DNA from: Mobula hypostoma | Taxonomy: Eukaryota | Length of the DNA stretch: 64,000 nt | Direction of reading: 5' to 3' | NCBI RefSeq assembly: GCF_963921235.1 | Contig: NC_086108.1 | Location: 85,376,001 to 85,440,000 of the forward strand | Part shown: in pieces, positions 36,403 to 48,339 of the stretch | Numbering within the stretch: the first letter of the stretch is position 1 | Layout: each line of letters opens with the position of its first letter | The notes under the pieces: model-generated | The model's input: only the letters and a program-made list of their open reading frames with translations | The model's database searches: none | What the model was told of the DNA's origin: nothing | Program-made: the position numbers and the translations under genes

Positions 36403-37045
36403 CAGAATCAGAATCAGGTTCAAAGTAACTGGCATTGATATATATACATTTATTAATAGTTAAATTAAAAGTAGTGCAAAGACAGAAATAATATATACGT
36501 TTGTATTAAAAAAGTGAGGTAGTGTTCATGGGTTCAATGTCCATGTAGGAATCGATGGCAGAGAGGAAGAAGCTGTTCCTGAATCACTGAGGGTGTGCCT
36601 TCAGGCTTCTGTACCTCCTTCCTGATGGTAACAATGAGAAGAGGGCATGTCCTGGGTGCTGGAGGTCCTTATAATGGACGCTGCCTTTCTGATGCACCAC
36701 TCCTTGAAGGTGTCTCGGATACTACAGAGGCTAGTACCCAAGATGGAGCTGACCGATTTTACAACTTCCTGTAGCTTTTTTTGATCCTGTGCAGTAGCCC
36801 CACCCCCCCCCATACCAGAGTGATGCAGCCTGTCAGAATGCTTTCCATGGTACACTAATATAAGTTTTTGAGTATCTTAGGTGACAAATCAAATCTCCTC
36901 AAACTCCCAATGAAACATAGCTGCTGTCTTGCCTTCTTTATAGCTGCATTGATATGTTGGGACCAGGTTAGACCTTCAGAGATCTTGGCACCCAGGAATT
37001 TGAAATTGCTCACTTCCCCCACTTCTGATCCCTCTAATGGGGTTG
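36403..37045 (-). mobile_element. Rex1-type LINE 3' fragment
   Basis: (tcagaa)n tail; FKFLGAKISEGLTWSQHI; inverted homologue of ~17470-17990. Confidence 0.88.
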
Positions 37046-37842
37046 GTTCATGACCCCTCTTCACATCATTGAGTAACTTCCTGCCCCACCCATCACTGTC
37101 TCCACACTTCTCCATGCACATATGTCATGACCGCTCCATCACCTCCAACCAATGAGCTGTTAGTTCAATATTTCCATCCCTGACTGATGATCCACTCCCA
37201 GCAGCTTCTCAACCCATTATCTTTCTCATTCCGGTCATGCAGTCCATGACCCAAGTTCCAACCTGGTTATTCCTGTCTGTGACCTTTTCCTACCCTCCCT
37301 GAGCCCCTTTCACCCAGGGTTTCAACCCCACACCACCTCTAGTCCTTTAGAAACCAGCTCAGATTTAACTGGTTTCATTTATGCAATGTGAATTGTGTGA
37401 AGGAGAAGCCTTTCATCTGTATGGGCCTGTTCAGTTGTACACAAAGGCTTAAACCCTGGTGGGCACCTGAACAGAATGTTTATTTGTCCATTTCACCCCA
37501 AGATGCCATTCCATATCTTGTAAATACTTCAAACACTGAGTCTATTGCACTGCAGACTCTAGGGAGAAGTATTCACTTTCCTTGCATGGTCTTAACAGGG
37601 GAAGCAAAAGTATCTAAATGAACATCAGGACTCTCACCCCACAAACACACCACTAATATCAGCAAACCGGCCAGCTCCGTTGTTAAATTTATCTGTCACA
37701 GGATGTTCAGAATACCTCTTGTTTTCATGCAAAGAACTTCTGATACGATCCTCAAAAGAATATGAATAATCTCCAATAAGCAACACACATAAAAGTTGCT
37801 GGTGAACACAGCAGGCCAGGCAGCATCTCTAGGAAGAGGTGC

Positions 37843-37878
37843 AGTCGACGTTTCAGGCTGAGACCCTTCGTCAGGACT
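37843..37878 (-). ncRNA. Minimal type I hammerhead ribozyme motif (PLE pLTR)
   Basis: Minus strand: AGUC CUGACGA AGG-gucucag-CCU GAAA C GUC GACU, giving stem I, core, stem II, GAAA, palindromic ACGU stem III and a GUC triplet. Confidence 0.75.
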
Positions 37879-38572
37879 AACTGAAGGAAGAGTGAGTAAG
37901 GGATTTGAAAGTTGGAGGGGGAGGGGGAGATCCAAAATGATAGGAGAAGACAGGAGGGGGAGGGATGGAGCCAAGAGCTGGACAGCTGATAGGCAAAAGG
38001 GATACGAGAGGATCATGGGACAGGAGGTCCGGGAAGAAAGACAAGGAGTGGGGGGGGGACCCAGACGATGGGCAAGGGGTATATTCAGAGGGACAGAGGG
38101 AGAAAAAGGAGAGTGAGAGAAAGAATGTGTGTATAAAAATAAGTAACAGATGGGGTGCGAGGGGGAGGTGGGGCATTAAAGATGAAGCCACACTCAGGTT
38201 GGAGGAACAACACCTTATATTCCGTCTGGGTAGCCTCCAACCTGATGGCATGAACATCGACTTCTCTAACTTCCGCTAATGCCCCACCTCCCCCTCATAC
38301 CCCATCTGTTACTTATTTTTATACACACATTTTTTCTCTCACTCTCCTTTTTCTCCCTCTGTCCCTCTGAATATACCCCATGCCCATCCTCTGGGTTCCT
38401 CCCCACTTGTCTTTCTTCCCGGACCTCCTGTCCCATGATCCTCTCGTATCCCTTTTGCCTATCAGCTGTCCAGCTCTTGGCTCCATCCCTCCCCCTCCTG
38501 TCCTCTCCTATCATTTTGGATCTCCCCCTCCCCCTCCAACTTTCAAATCTCTTACTCACTCTTCCTTCAGTT

Positions 38573-38608
38573 AGTCCTGACGAAGGGTCTCGGCCTGAAA
38601 CGTTGACT
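38573..38608 (+). ncRNA. Minimal type I hammerhead ribozyme motif (PLE pLTR)
   Basis: AGUC CUGACGA AGG-gucucgg-CCU GAAA C GUU GACU. Confidence 0.7.
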
Positions 38609-39334
38609 GCACCTCTTCCTAGAGATGCTGCCTGGCCTGCTGCGTTCACCAGCAACTTTTATCTGTGTTGCTTGAATTTCCAGCATCTGCAGAATTCCTG
38701 TTGTTTAAATCTCCAATAAGCATTGGACTTGCTGCCTTGGCAATGAGATCGCCATACCCTCAGCTTGCTTCTCTGGGTTCCATTCTGGCTTAATTCTGGG
38801 GCTGCAATCTGTTAATGTATACTTGTTTTTTCATATTTTTTCCAACAGTTATAAGTAAGATCATAACTTCAGAATTACATGGTCTCCTTCTCCAGTTGAC
38901 AAGCTCTACTGATCAGTTACTGCAAAGTCAGTGTGGATCTAGGGTTGTGTTTACATCAGTCCTACCATATCTCTGAGTCTCTGTGCTTAAGACACATGGC
39001 TGGAACTGGCACAGTTTGCACTTCTGACACTTTTGATTTCTAGAAATAGCATCTCCCAGTTCTGCTACATATCATGCAAAATAGAACACATTGGGTCTCA
39101 TTTCTTTCAAAAGGAAAAGGTTGTTTTAGTCTGCTAGGAACACTTAATGTTATGAAGATTTTAAGATCTGTTAAGAAGATTTCCCTATTTGCGAGAAAGC
39201 CTAAAACTATTGACTCTATAACTGTAAAAAAGCTCTGATAAGATATCTCTTTGAAAGGGTGCTGAGAATATGAAACTTCTGCAGTAGCTGAGATAATTAA
39301 ATATATATAATTTTTAATCTTAGCTTTATTTTTC

Positions 39335-39505
39335 GCAACTCACAAACCCTAACCCCAACCACATGACTTTGGCATGTGGGAGGAAACCAGAGCACCTGGA
39401 GGAAACCCATGCAATTACGGGGCGAAGGTACAAACTGCTTACAGACAGCAGCGTGAATTGAAACCCGATTGGTTCTGTAAAACCGCTATGCTATTGTACT
39501 GCCAT
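39335..39505 (-). mobile_element. V-domain tRNA-SINE fragment
   Basis: tgtgggaggaaaccagagcacctggaggaaacccatgca is the reverse complement of the V-domain. Confidence 0.75.
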
Positions 39506-39836
39506 GAGTCAATTAGCAATATTTTTCCTGTGGACTAGCTTGCTGAGTGCAATATAATTATAGATATATTAATGCTCTGTTAATAAAGAAAGATAAAGAA
39601 AGGATCACTTGGAACAATTTTAATGCAGTATAATTTTATGTAATTCCTCATCGGTGAATAATGAATGCATCTGTTGGTCTGCACGTTCAATGGGATTCCT
39701 ACTTTGGAAAATAGAAATATAAAAAAAAATTGAAGAAAAGGTTGGAAATCTCGTATGTTTACTTTTTTCAAGCTCTCAGTTTGTTATGTTTTTCCATGAA
39801 ACTGAACACCAGGATTTGGGAACTTAAGGGCATCTT

Positions 39837-39924
39837 GCATATCTAACATTCTCCCATCAAACTTTGGCTTTCTTTATGACGCATATGTAACATTCTCCCA
39901 TCAGACTTTGGCTTTCTTTATGAC
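39837..39924 (+). repeat. 44-bp tandem duplication
   Basis: gcatat(c/g)taacattctcccatca(a/g)actttggctttctttatgac x2 with two mismatches. Confidence 0.95.
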
Positions 39925-41497
39925 TTGTGTGACTCCAGATAAAAATTACCATGATATCTAGATTTTTATTTGTGGAGCAAGTATGAAGCATTTTTAACTG
40001 TCACTTATAAAAAGTGAAGAAAATGGTAAAGTGGGTCTTGGTGAAACTCTGGAATTCAACAGGCATTCGTACAGCTACATGGATAGGAAAGATTTAGAAA
40101 TATATGGACCAGACACAGAAAAGTGGGTCTCCCTCAGGTAGACAACTTAAGTAGCTCGGTCGATTTGAGCAGAAGTGCCTGTTTCCATGCTACATAACTC
40201 AATGAATTTACGACTGGTAAGCAGCGTTCTGCAGGCAAATATTTATTGCCAACTTCTGCTGAGTAATACACCACAATAAACAAAAGTAATAATTAAATGG
40301 CTACTCTATTATGCTCTGGGTAATCTTAAGAATTATCTTAATAATAGCCAAGGATTGTTTACAAATTAATTGCATGTGTAGACAAATAGCGTCTGTTGTA
40401 CTACTTCTGGGACAATGCAGCTCTCCTCATGGACGTTATGAACCTTAAATTTTCCAGTTCAGAGGCGAGAGCTTTGCTACTGATGAAAGCCATCATCCAC
40501 TGCTTGTTCCGATTATGGAATCCAAGAAAGAGATTACTTTTAATCCTACAAACTAGTGAGAATCAATTGAGCAGACAAATGACAACAAACAACTGATCTG
40601 CTGTTGGAATGTCTGGATTGACCTAATCGCGCTTTTAATCTGCTCTCTTGAGAATGGGAAGAAAGGAGGTCATTTCCTTGAATTTGGAGATTGACATCTG
40701 AACATCAAAAGGCCTCAAACAGATCTTCACCTTTGACATGAGCTTTACTGCCCAGTGAATGTGGATCTAAAAGCATTGGAGGGCAGGATGGGGAGAGGTG
40801 GGGAGTGGCAATTCAAGGTCTGCTTTTCTTACTTTCCAGCAGTCAGCCTGCACCATACATCCGAAGACACACCTTGTCTACTGCTTGCTTCATGGGTTCA
40901 TCTGCACTGTAGAGGCTTCCAGCACAAATATCAGGCCAAAGGAGCTGCCATTAAGCTTACCCTGGTCACCCTTTAAAAACGTGATCGCCTTGTTCACTCT
41001 CCTTTTGCCATTTGTGTGTTTGGAGTGTACATTCCTATTTATTCATTTTCATTTTTATGTCTAGTATTATCTTTTTATATCTTCTCATTACATTCCTTAT
41101 ACTGTACTCTTTTAAATCAGTTTCCTGTCTTCCTCTTTTTATTCTCCTGTATTACTCTTTGGAGAGTTTGGCAAACTTATTTCTTCAAACACACTATTTG
41201 CCTATCTTGATCCCTTTCTTGAATAATCTTTTTCTAATATTATAGTCAAATGCATTTCTTCTGACTCTTGAAATATTGTTCCCTTCCCTACAATTTTACC
41301 TTGGATCCATCCTCATTTTTCCAGACTTCACATCTTTCTAATTTTAATTTTGCATTCTCCTTATTGCATTCTTTCACTTAAAACATTCTGTACTGTGATC
41401 CCAATGTTTCTTCACCATCTATTCAGGCTTGATTCCCATTATTAAACAAAGCATTTCTGATGTCTAGATATTTCACCCTTTCTTTTCTTCACTGATA

Positions 41498-43215
41498 ACC
41501 ATGGAGGATTTCTATATGCAGAGAGACTGGGAAAAATCAGGTTGGTGCTGGATCCCAAGCAGGGGAATTCCTAGAATGGCAACAAGATAGCTTTTTAGAG
41601 TAGCTTGTGGTTGAGCGCACCAGGAAATCAGCTATTCTGGATTGGGTGTTGTGCAAGGAACCAGAATTCATTAGAGATATTTAGATAAAGGAATCCTTTG
41701 TGGCCAGTGATCATAATATGATAGAATTCACCCGGCAATTTGGGAAGGAGAAGCTCAAGTCAGATGTATTAGTATTACAGTGGAGTAAAGGGAATTACAG
41801 AGGCATGAGAGAGGAGCTCGCTAAAATTGATCGGAAAAGAACACTGGCAGGGATGACACCAGAGCAGCAACAGCTGGGAGTTCTCAGAGCAACTTGGAAG
41901 GTGTGGGATATACAGGTACATATCCTGAAGAGGAGGAAATATTCTAAAGGCAGATGATGCAACCATGGCTGACAAAAGAAGTAAAACCAACATAAAAGCC
42001 AAAGAGAAGGTATAGAGTGGAAAATTAGTGGAAAACTGAAGGATTGGGAAGCTTTTAAAAACCAACAGAACTGAAAAGTCATAAAGAAGAAAAGATCACA
42101 ATGAAGGTAGGCTAGCCAATAATATTAAAGAGTTTTCTTCAAAAGTTTCTTCAGATACATAAATGGTAAAAGAGAGATGAAAGTAGATACTGGACTGCTA
42201 GAAAATGATGCTGGAGAGGTAGTAATGGGGGACAAGGAAATGGAGAACAAACTCATTGAATATTTTGCACCAGTCTTCACTGTGGGAGACACGAGCAGTA
42301 TACCAGAAGTTTGAGAGTGTTAGGGGTCAGAAGTTTGTCTTTTTACAAAGTTCGCAGATGATATGAAGATGTAGTGTTGTGGAACTAGAGATGCTATGAA
42401 AGGACTTATACAGATTCAGAGAATGGGCAAGGAAATTGCAGATGAAAGGCAGTGTCGGGAAGTGTATGGTCATGCACTTTCGTAGAAGAAAATCAAAACT
42501 CTGAGGTGCAAAACAGACTTGGAAGTCCTTGTGCATGATTCCCTCAAGGTTAATTTGCAGGTTGAGTCTATGGTGAGGAAGGCGAATGCAATGTTAGCAT
42601 TCATTTCAAGAGGGCTACAATATAAAAGCGAGGATGTAATGTTGAGGCTTTACAAGGCACGGGTGAGGCCTCGCTTGGAGTATTGTGAGCCCCTTACCTA
42701 AGAAAAGATGTGCTGACATTGGAGAGGGTTCAAATGAGGTTCACAAAAATGATTCTGGAATTGCAAAGCTTGTCATATGAGGAGCGTTGGATGGCTCTGG
42801 GCCTCTACTGAATGGAATTCACAAGAATGGGGGGTGACCTCATTGAAACCTAACAAATATTGAAGGGCCTTGATAAGGTAGATGTGGAGAGGATGTTTCC
42901 CATGGTGGGGGAATCCAAGACCAGAGGACACAGCCTCAGAATGGAAGGGCGTTCTTTTAGAATGGAGATAAGGAGGAATTTCTTCGGCAGAGAGTGGTGA
43001 ATCTGTGGAATTCATTGCCACAGGCTGCTCTGGAGACTGTCATTGTATATACTTAAGGCAGAGGTTGATAGATTCTTGACTGGTCATGGCATGACAGGAC
43101 ACGGGGAGAAGGCTGAGAGGGAAAATGAATCAGTTATGATGAAATGGCGGAGCAGTCTCTGTGGGCCTAATGGCCTAATTCTACTCCAATATCCTATGGT
43201 CTGTGGTCTAATGGC
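41498..43215 (+). mobile_element. Degenerate internally deleted CR1 (EN, linker, RT C-terminus, 3' UTR)
   Basis: SDHNMIEF, KGNYRGMREELAK, VRKANAMLAFISRG..LRLYKA; most of the RT is missing at the junction near 42335. Confidence 0.88.
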
Positions 43216-43264
43216 TCTGTACAGCTCTTAATAGCCCATCAAATTATTCCCATCAAATTTGAAA

Positions 43265-43768
43265 AACTCTATTTTTCAATAGTTCCATTTAATATTAGAG
43301 AAATTTATACAATAGACAACCTGAAATTCTTTTTCTTCACAGATATTCACGAAAACAGAAGAGTGCCCCAAAGATTGAGTGACAATTAAAATGTTAGAAC
43401 ACCAAAGTCCTGCCTATTCCCCCTCCCATGCCCAGACAGCAACAAAGCAACAGTCCTCCTCTATATCACCACCTTCCGCAAATAAGCATCAGCATCCTCC
43501 ACCCAGCAAGCAAGCAATAGCAAAGCCCCCAATAAAGACCATGATCTGCAGTACAACAAAAACTAATCGTTCCCCTGACAATTCGACATGCCACAGGCTC
43601 TCTCTCTCTCTCCCCCGATAAAGGGAAAAATAAGTGAACCTTTCACAGCGAGATGGGAGGCATAACAAAACCATTTGCTAATTTATGGTGTTAAAAATCT
43701 GTTGCACCACTTTTTTCCCCGAGTTCTCTGCCTTGAGAATCAGCACCAATCTCTCGCCTACCAATGAC

Positions 43769-43806
<38 letters not shown>

Positions 43807-44180
43807 CAATTCACCGAGTACAGAGCCTCTGACAGTTGATCTGCTGTTCCCAATGTTCTGTTTCCTCCTGCAACCTTTCAGTCAGCAGCCCCGACTTAGT
43901 GTCAGCTGTCCACAGGGCTGTGAAACCTCAGAACCCCAAAGGTGCGCTCACCTTCTAGGCCGTGAGACCTTGGAATATCGAAAAGTGGCCGTCGTGAGCC
44001 CCTGGGAGCGATTCCCACCACTGTAATGAACCAAAGTCTGAGTTTAACTCCAGGTTAGCGTCTCCAACAGAACCCCATCCACTCTGAAAAGGAAAAAAAA
44101 GAGACATCAAAGGTAGAAATTAAGCTGCTTTTGTAGATGAACACAAAGGAGTTGTCACTCAGTGCCATCGTAACTTCGCC
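43265..44180 (-). mobile_element. Probable non-autonomous retroposon
   Basis: Minus strand starts with a gatggc(a/g)-type leader; the 3' end resembles LINE tails; no coding capacity. Confidence 0.4.
43772..43803. repeat. (GA)n microsatellite
   Basis: About 16 GA units. Confidence 0.95.
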
Positions 44181-45029
44181 TCTATCTCCGAGAACTGGCC
44201 AAAAATATCCCAGAAACAGCAGAATTATGTTGTTCTTTGCATAGAAACATACGTCGAAAGGGACCTCTTCAACTATCATTGCGAGCTAAATAAAAAACAT
44301 GCAGCTGAAGTGTATTTGCTGCACTGACTGTTAGGAAGAGTGTTCGGCCATAAAGGAATTCTCCCCATGACAACTGGTGAGCAGTTGCATTAATAATTAC
44401 TATGGAGATAAAGGAAATCATAGGAGAGGAGAGAGTGGTGATCTCCTCTGTAAGTAAGCATCTACCACAGATATCGGCTCTGGTTGTCTTATGCTGTCAC
44501 TGGTCGTCTGCCGCTACAAAATGCAAGTTGATCAAACGGACAGAGGTTCCAATTTAAACCTCCAAAGCGCATTTTATAAAAACACCACAGTCAGTGATGG
44601 GAAAATCACTGGCAGTTTGTCCACTGGCTTGAGAACTGAAAACGGAGCTGGGGGAAGATGTGAAACTCTTACATTGACACCTCTTTGCTGATCTTAATGC
44701 AGTGCATTTCTAAATTTTGTACCTATTCAAGAAATGTTGTAGCTTGCACTCAAATGCTCAATTTAAGTCAGTAACAGAAGAAATGTATATTATGTTACTC
44801 GTGGTGAGTTAGGAGCCTGATATATCCAGGATATCAGCAGCTGTACTAAGATGAATTGTATGATATAGCCAGGCCATTTCCTGGAGGGTATAGTTTCATG
44901 CAGAATTGATTGCTCCCATAATCTCACCTTTATGTATGATTTGCACAAGTGAAAAGGGCACTATGGATGCAATTGTTTGACATATTTTGCTTTCACATCA
45001 AGGGAATTGCAAATAACTTTAGCTCTGCT

Positions 45030-45500
45030 CTTTGAGGAAAGACATTATTTCATAGGAGCTAATTTAGAAAAGGATCACTTGGACGATCTTGGGTAGGGAT
45101 TGATTACCTTAAGAGTTTGGGATGCTACTGGAGTTTAGGAGAATGAGGTGTGAACCTATTGAATTTTCAAGTTCTTGCAGAGCTAGAGAAGTTAAGTGCT
45201 GAGTTATTTCTTCTCATGAGAGAATCCAGACCCAGAGAGCATAATCTCAGAATGTGCAAGTACCCATTTAGGAGAGAGATGAGGAAGAACACTTTTTTCT
45301 CTAAAGGAGTTGTGGATCCTTGCCACTTAAAGCTGTATTCACGGCTTAGATAAATAAATTTCTGATTAGTAAGGGAATCAAAGGATATGAACAGAAATGT
45401 GGACTTGAGGATTTTTGGACCACCCGTAATCTGATTGAATGGCAGAGGAAGTTTGAGTGGCTAGATGGCCTTCTTAAAATCCTTCTTCTTAAGGTTTTGA
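45030..45500 (+). mobile_element. Highly degenerate CR1 3' fragment
   Basis: ctggagtttagga, SRPREHNLR..PFRREMRKN and a 3' UTR remnant. Confidence 0.7.
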
Positions 45501-47661
45501 TCTGTATTTATCAGGTATAGTGTATACCAATAAAATGATAACCACCCTTTCACTTCCAAGACAATTTATTTGGGAATAGATGCAGTCTTACTACATTAAG
45601 AATTCTTTCCCACTGATATTAACTACATATTTATGACCTTCTCTTCCACCACTTCAAGACTGCATTACTCACTACATGCCACATTTAAAACCCAAAATAC
45701 ATTGGCTTCATAATTGGAAAATAGTCATAACCTTCCTTCACATAGCAGCACCTGTCAACACAATGGCCCAAGTTGGCTACAAAACTGAGCCTTGGGAGAG
45801 TTTTCAAATGTGCACAGAATGTTTCCAGAATAAATTTTGAATGGGCTGTTTGGCTATAGTGGCCCAAAGGTAAAATCTATGAGTGGCTACAACAGACGGT
45901 GGGAACACGTTGGGATACTGTGGAGCACCCCTTCTCCTCCTGCGTTGGAGAGAAGAAATAACCTCTTGGTCATGGTGGTTGCTTAAGTCACAGTTGTAGA
46001 TTAAATCACTGCTCTGCAGTGTTTAATTTCCCAATGGAGGACGTAAACAAATACCAAGCTTCCTAGTTATATGAAACAGAGGCCTAATGTCTCTTTTAAA
46101 CTGCTGCATGGGATACCAAAATGTTTCCCAACCTAATAACACATCAGATATCTTGCTGGCACATTTAGTCATGGGATGGTGTTCTTCAAAACTGGCCCTG
46201 TTTGTTTTAGACATCTTATCATCACCCTCTTTCCCTATTAGCACCTCTGTATTAAATTAAATCTCAAATTCTTCAAACTGCCTCTAAAAATGCATTGCTT
46301 GGAAATTGAATCATGTATCACCACATTTATATGTGAAATGCAAATGCAAAATAACAACGAAAAATCAAGCAGGAACGAAAATCAGGACTTAACATGAATT
46401 GCAACAAAGTCCGTGAGTTTCCTTCTGGATCCTCCGTGCAGCTAATATCATGTTCAGATATGCACCGTGTCATCCATTGGTGTGCAGCACATATAACTGA
46501 TGCTTCTTGGTGCGATGTTGACTCACAAGTTTAAGGCCTGTGGAAATGTGGGCCAGTCATACAGAAGCAGACCTTCACTGAAGAACTGCTTCTGGTTAAT
46601 TTCCTTGAGGTAATTTATACCATCTGAGCCTTCTTCACACAGCATAACTGCCCCAACTAAAGATCACCCCAGCTTCACTTCTCTTATCCACCCATCTACT
46701 AATCCTTCAATCCTGCTCCCAAAACCAATAATCTGCTAACATTCTCGCCTGCTGACTCCATACCTGTCTGCATTCGCTCCTGCTAGCCGTCCCCACCCCC
46801 CAACCGTTCTCCTTCAGATTCCCAGCATTTGCAGTGTTTTGATGTTCTTTTGATCTCTACCTGTCGGCACACCTTTTTATTCTTTGCCCATTGCTCCCAG
46901 ACCCTCCCTTCATCACCTCCAGGCCTATCCATTTTCCCCACACCCTCTGTGATTTGAACAGGGCTTGACCAAATGATTCCCTTTGTGTAATGCAACGTTT
47001 ACAAAGGAAAGCTCTTGCAGTGCATAAGGCCCATTCAGACTTCGGTGTCATGTGTTAATGAAACCCTCAGACAGAGTATTTATAGGCTGCAATGCATTGA
47101 CCATTTAATGTTCCTATTACATTTCTAGACACCTATTTTCCTTATAAAATATACGATCTCATATTTCTCTGTATTACGTTTCATTTGCCACCTGTTTGCC
47201 TACTCCATTTGCTATTGCTTCTTGCTGTTTACCAAACCCCCTTCCTTTGCATGGTAGTAAACTTTTAAGATCAAACAAGTTAAGTATCAGTGAACTGTAC
47301 CATTCAGCAATGATACAGACTATTGTGTAACACCATGCGTCAATTCTGGGCATGGTGGAACATTTCATTTTGTTGTTAAGCTGGGGATACATCAACAATT
47401 TTAAATTATATAAAATCGGATAGCCTGTTTTTTGCTACCTCATGAATAGTTTAGAATTATCTCATGAGTGGAGACACTTCCATGTTATGGATGACCTTAA
47501 CCTGTTCTATTTATGGTCAAAGTACAATATGATTTTAATTTAAGTGTTTTATATTATATAAATGAATAATATGATTTGAAGTAGCTTTAGGATATTACTT
47601 GGTTACCGTGATATTATATTATTGCAGATGTAATTTTGATTCTGTTTTTACTTCCTCATAG

Positions 47662-47727
47662 ATTGTTGTAAAAAGAACAGTGTTTTAAAGTGTGCAATAA
47701 AAGTAAAAGGTTATGCCACAGCTCATG
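47662..47727 (+). other. Candidate 66-nt internal exon
   Basis: Acceptor tctgtttttacttcctcatag, donor ATG|gtaagg (alternative AAG|gtatga at 47732); open only as a phase 1-1 exon, xCCKKNSVLKCAIKVKGYATAH. Confidence 0.3.
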
Positions 47728-48009
47728 GTAAGGTATGATAAATATCAGCACCGGAGAGTCTGACCATAAATCACTTCCAACTTTGTCACTCATGAATTAT
47801 CTGGTTGGTCTCATTTGTGAAGGTATTTATCACATCAAACGTCTGGCTGTGACATATCCTCTATATATGGTAATTAGCTGAATGGTTTTAAGGGTCAGTA
47901 AAGGAAACTATGACTGTGTGGTATCTAAATAATTTATATTCCAAGACAGGATCCATTACAAATTATGATCATTGGGTAGAGTAAGTATGGATTTTGACGC
48001 TTCCCATTT

Positions 48010-48250
48010 ATGTGGCATTGCCTTTAGCTGCTTCACCTTAAATTCCGAGAACCTCGACTTAAATCTGTCCACTTTTCTTCTCTCTTCTGCTTTAAGTCTC
48101 TTCCTTAAAACTTGCTAAAAACTTTAGGTTGGACCCTCCAATCTCTCTTTTACTGGCTCGGTATGAAATTCTGTCTAGTGATGCATCTGTGAGGTACCTT
48201 GGAAATTTTGTGATGCACCAGCTGCTGCACAAATTAATTGCTGTTGTTAA
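48010..48250 (+). mobile_element. L2-type 3' end relic
   Basis: gcctttagctg..ctttaag..ccttaaaac..ctgtgaggtaccttgg..tgctgttgtt. Confidence 0.5.
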
Positions 48251-48339
48251 AGACTAGCCGTTATCTAAAAATGTATCTTCTTCACTATTCTCTATTAAAG
48301 CACTATTCCCTTTCACGCTGATTATTCGTCACTGTTTTG

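Larger units (their letters stand above)
37781..38707 (+). mobile_element. Young fold-back Penelope insertion with ~395-bp near-perfect inverted arms and a 15-bp TSD
   Basis: 37781-38177 is the reverse complement of 38279-38672. The spacer encodes the PLE C-terminus EATLRLEEQHLIFRLGSLQPDGMNIDFSNFR*. TSD aatctccaataagca at 37768-37782 and 38708-38722. Confidence 0.95.

Noticed and set aside
37696..38719. Duplicated ORF pairs on opposite strands
   Set aside because: They are a by-product of the inverted repeat and its low-complexity purine/pyrimidine tract.
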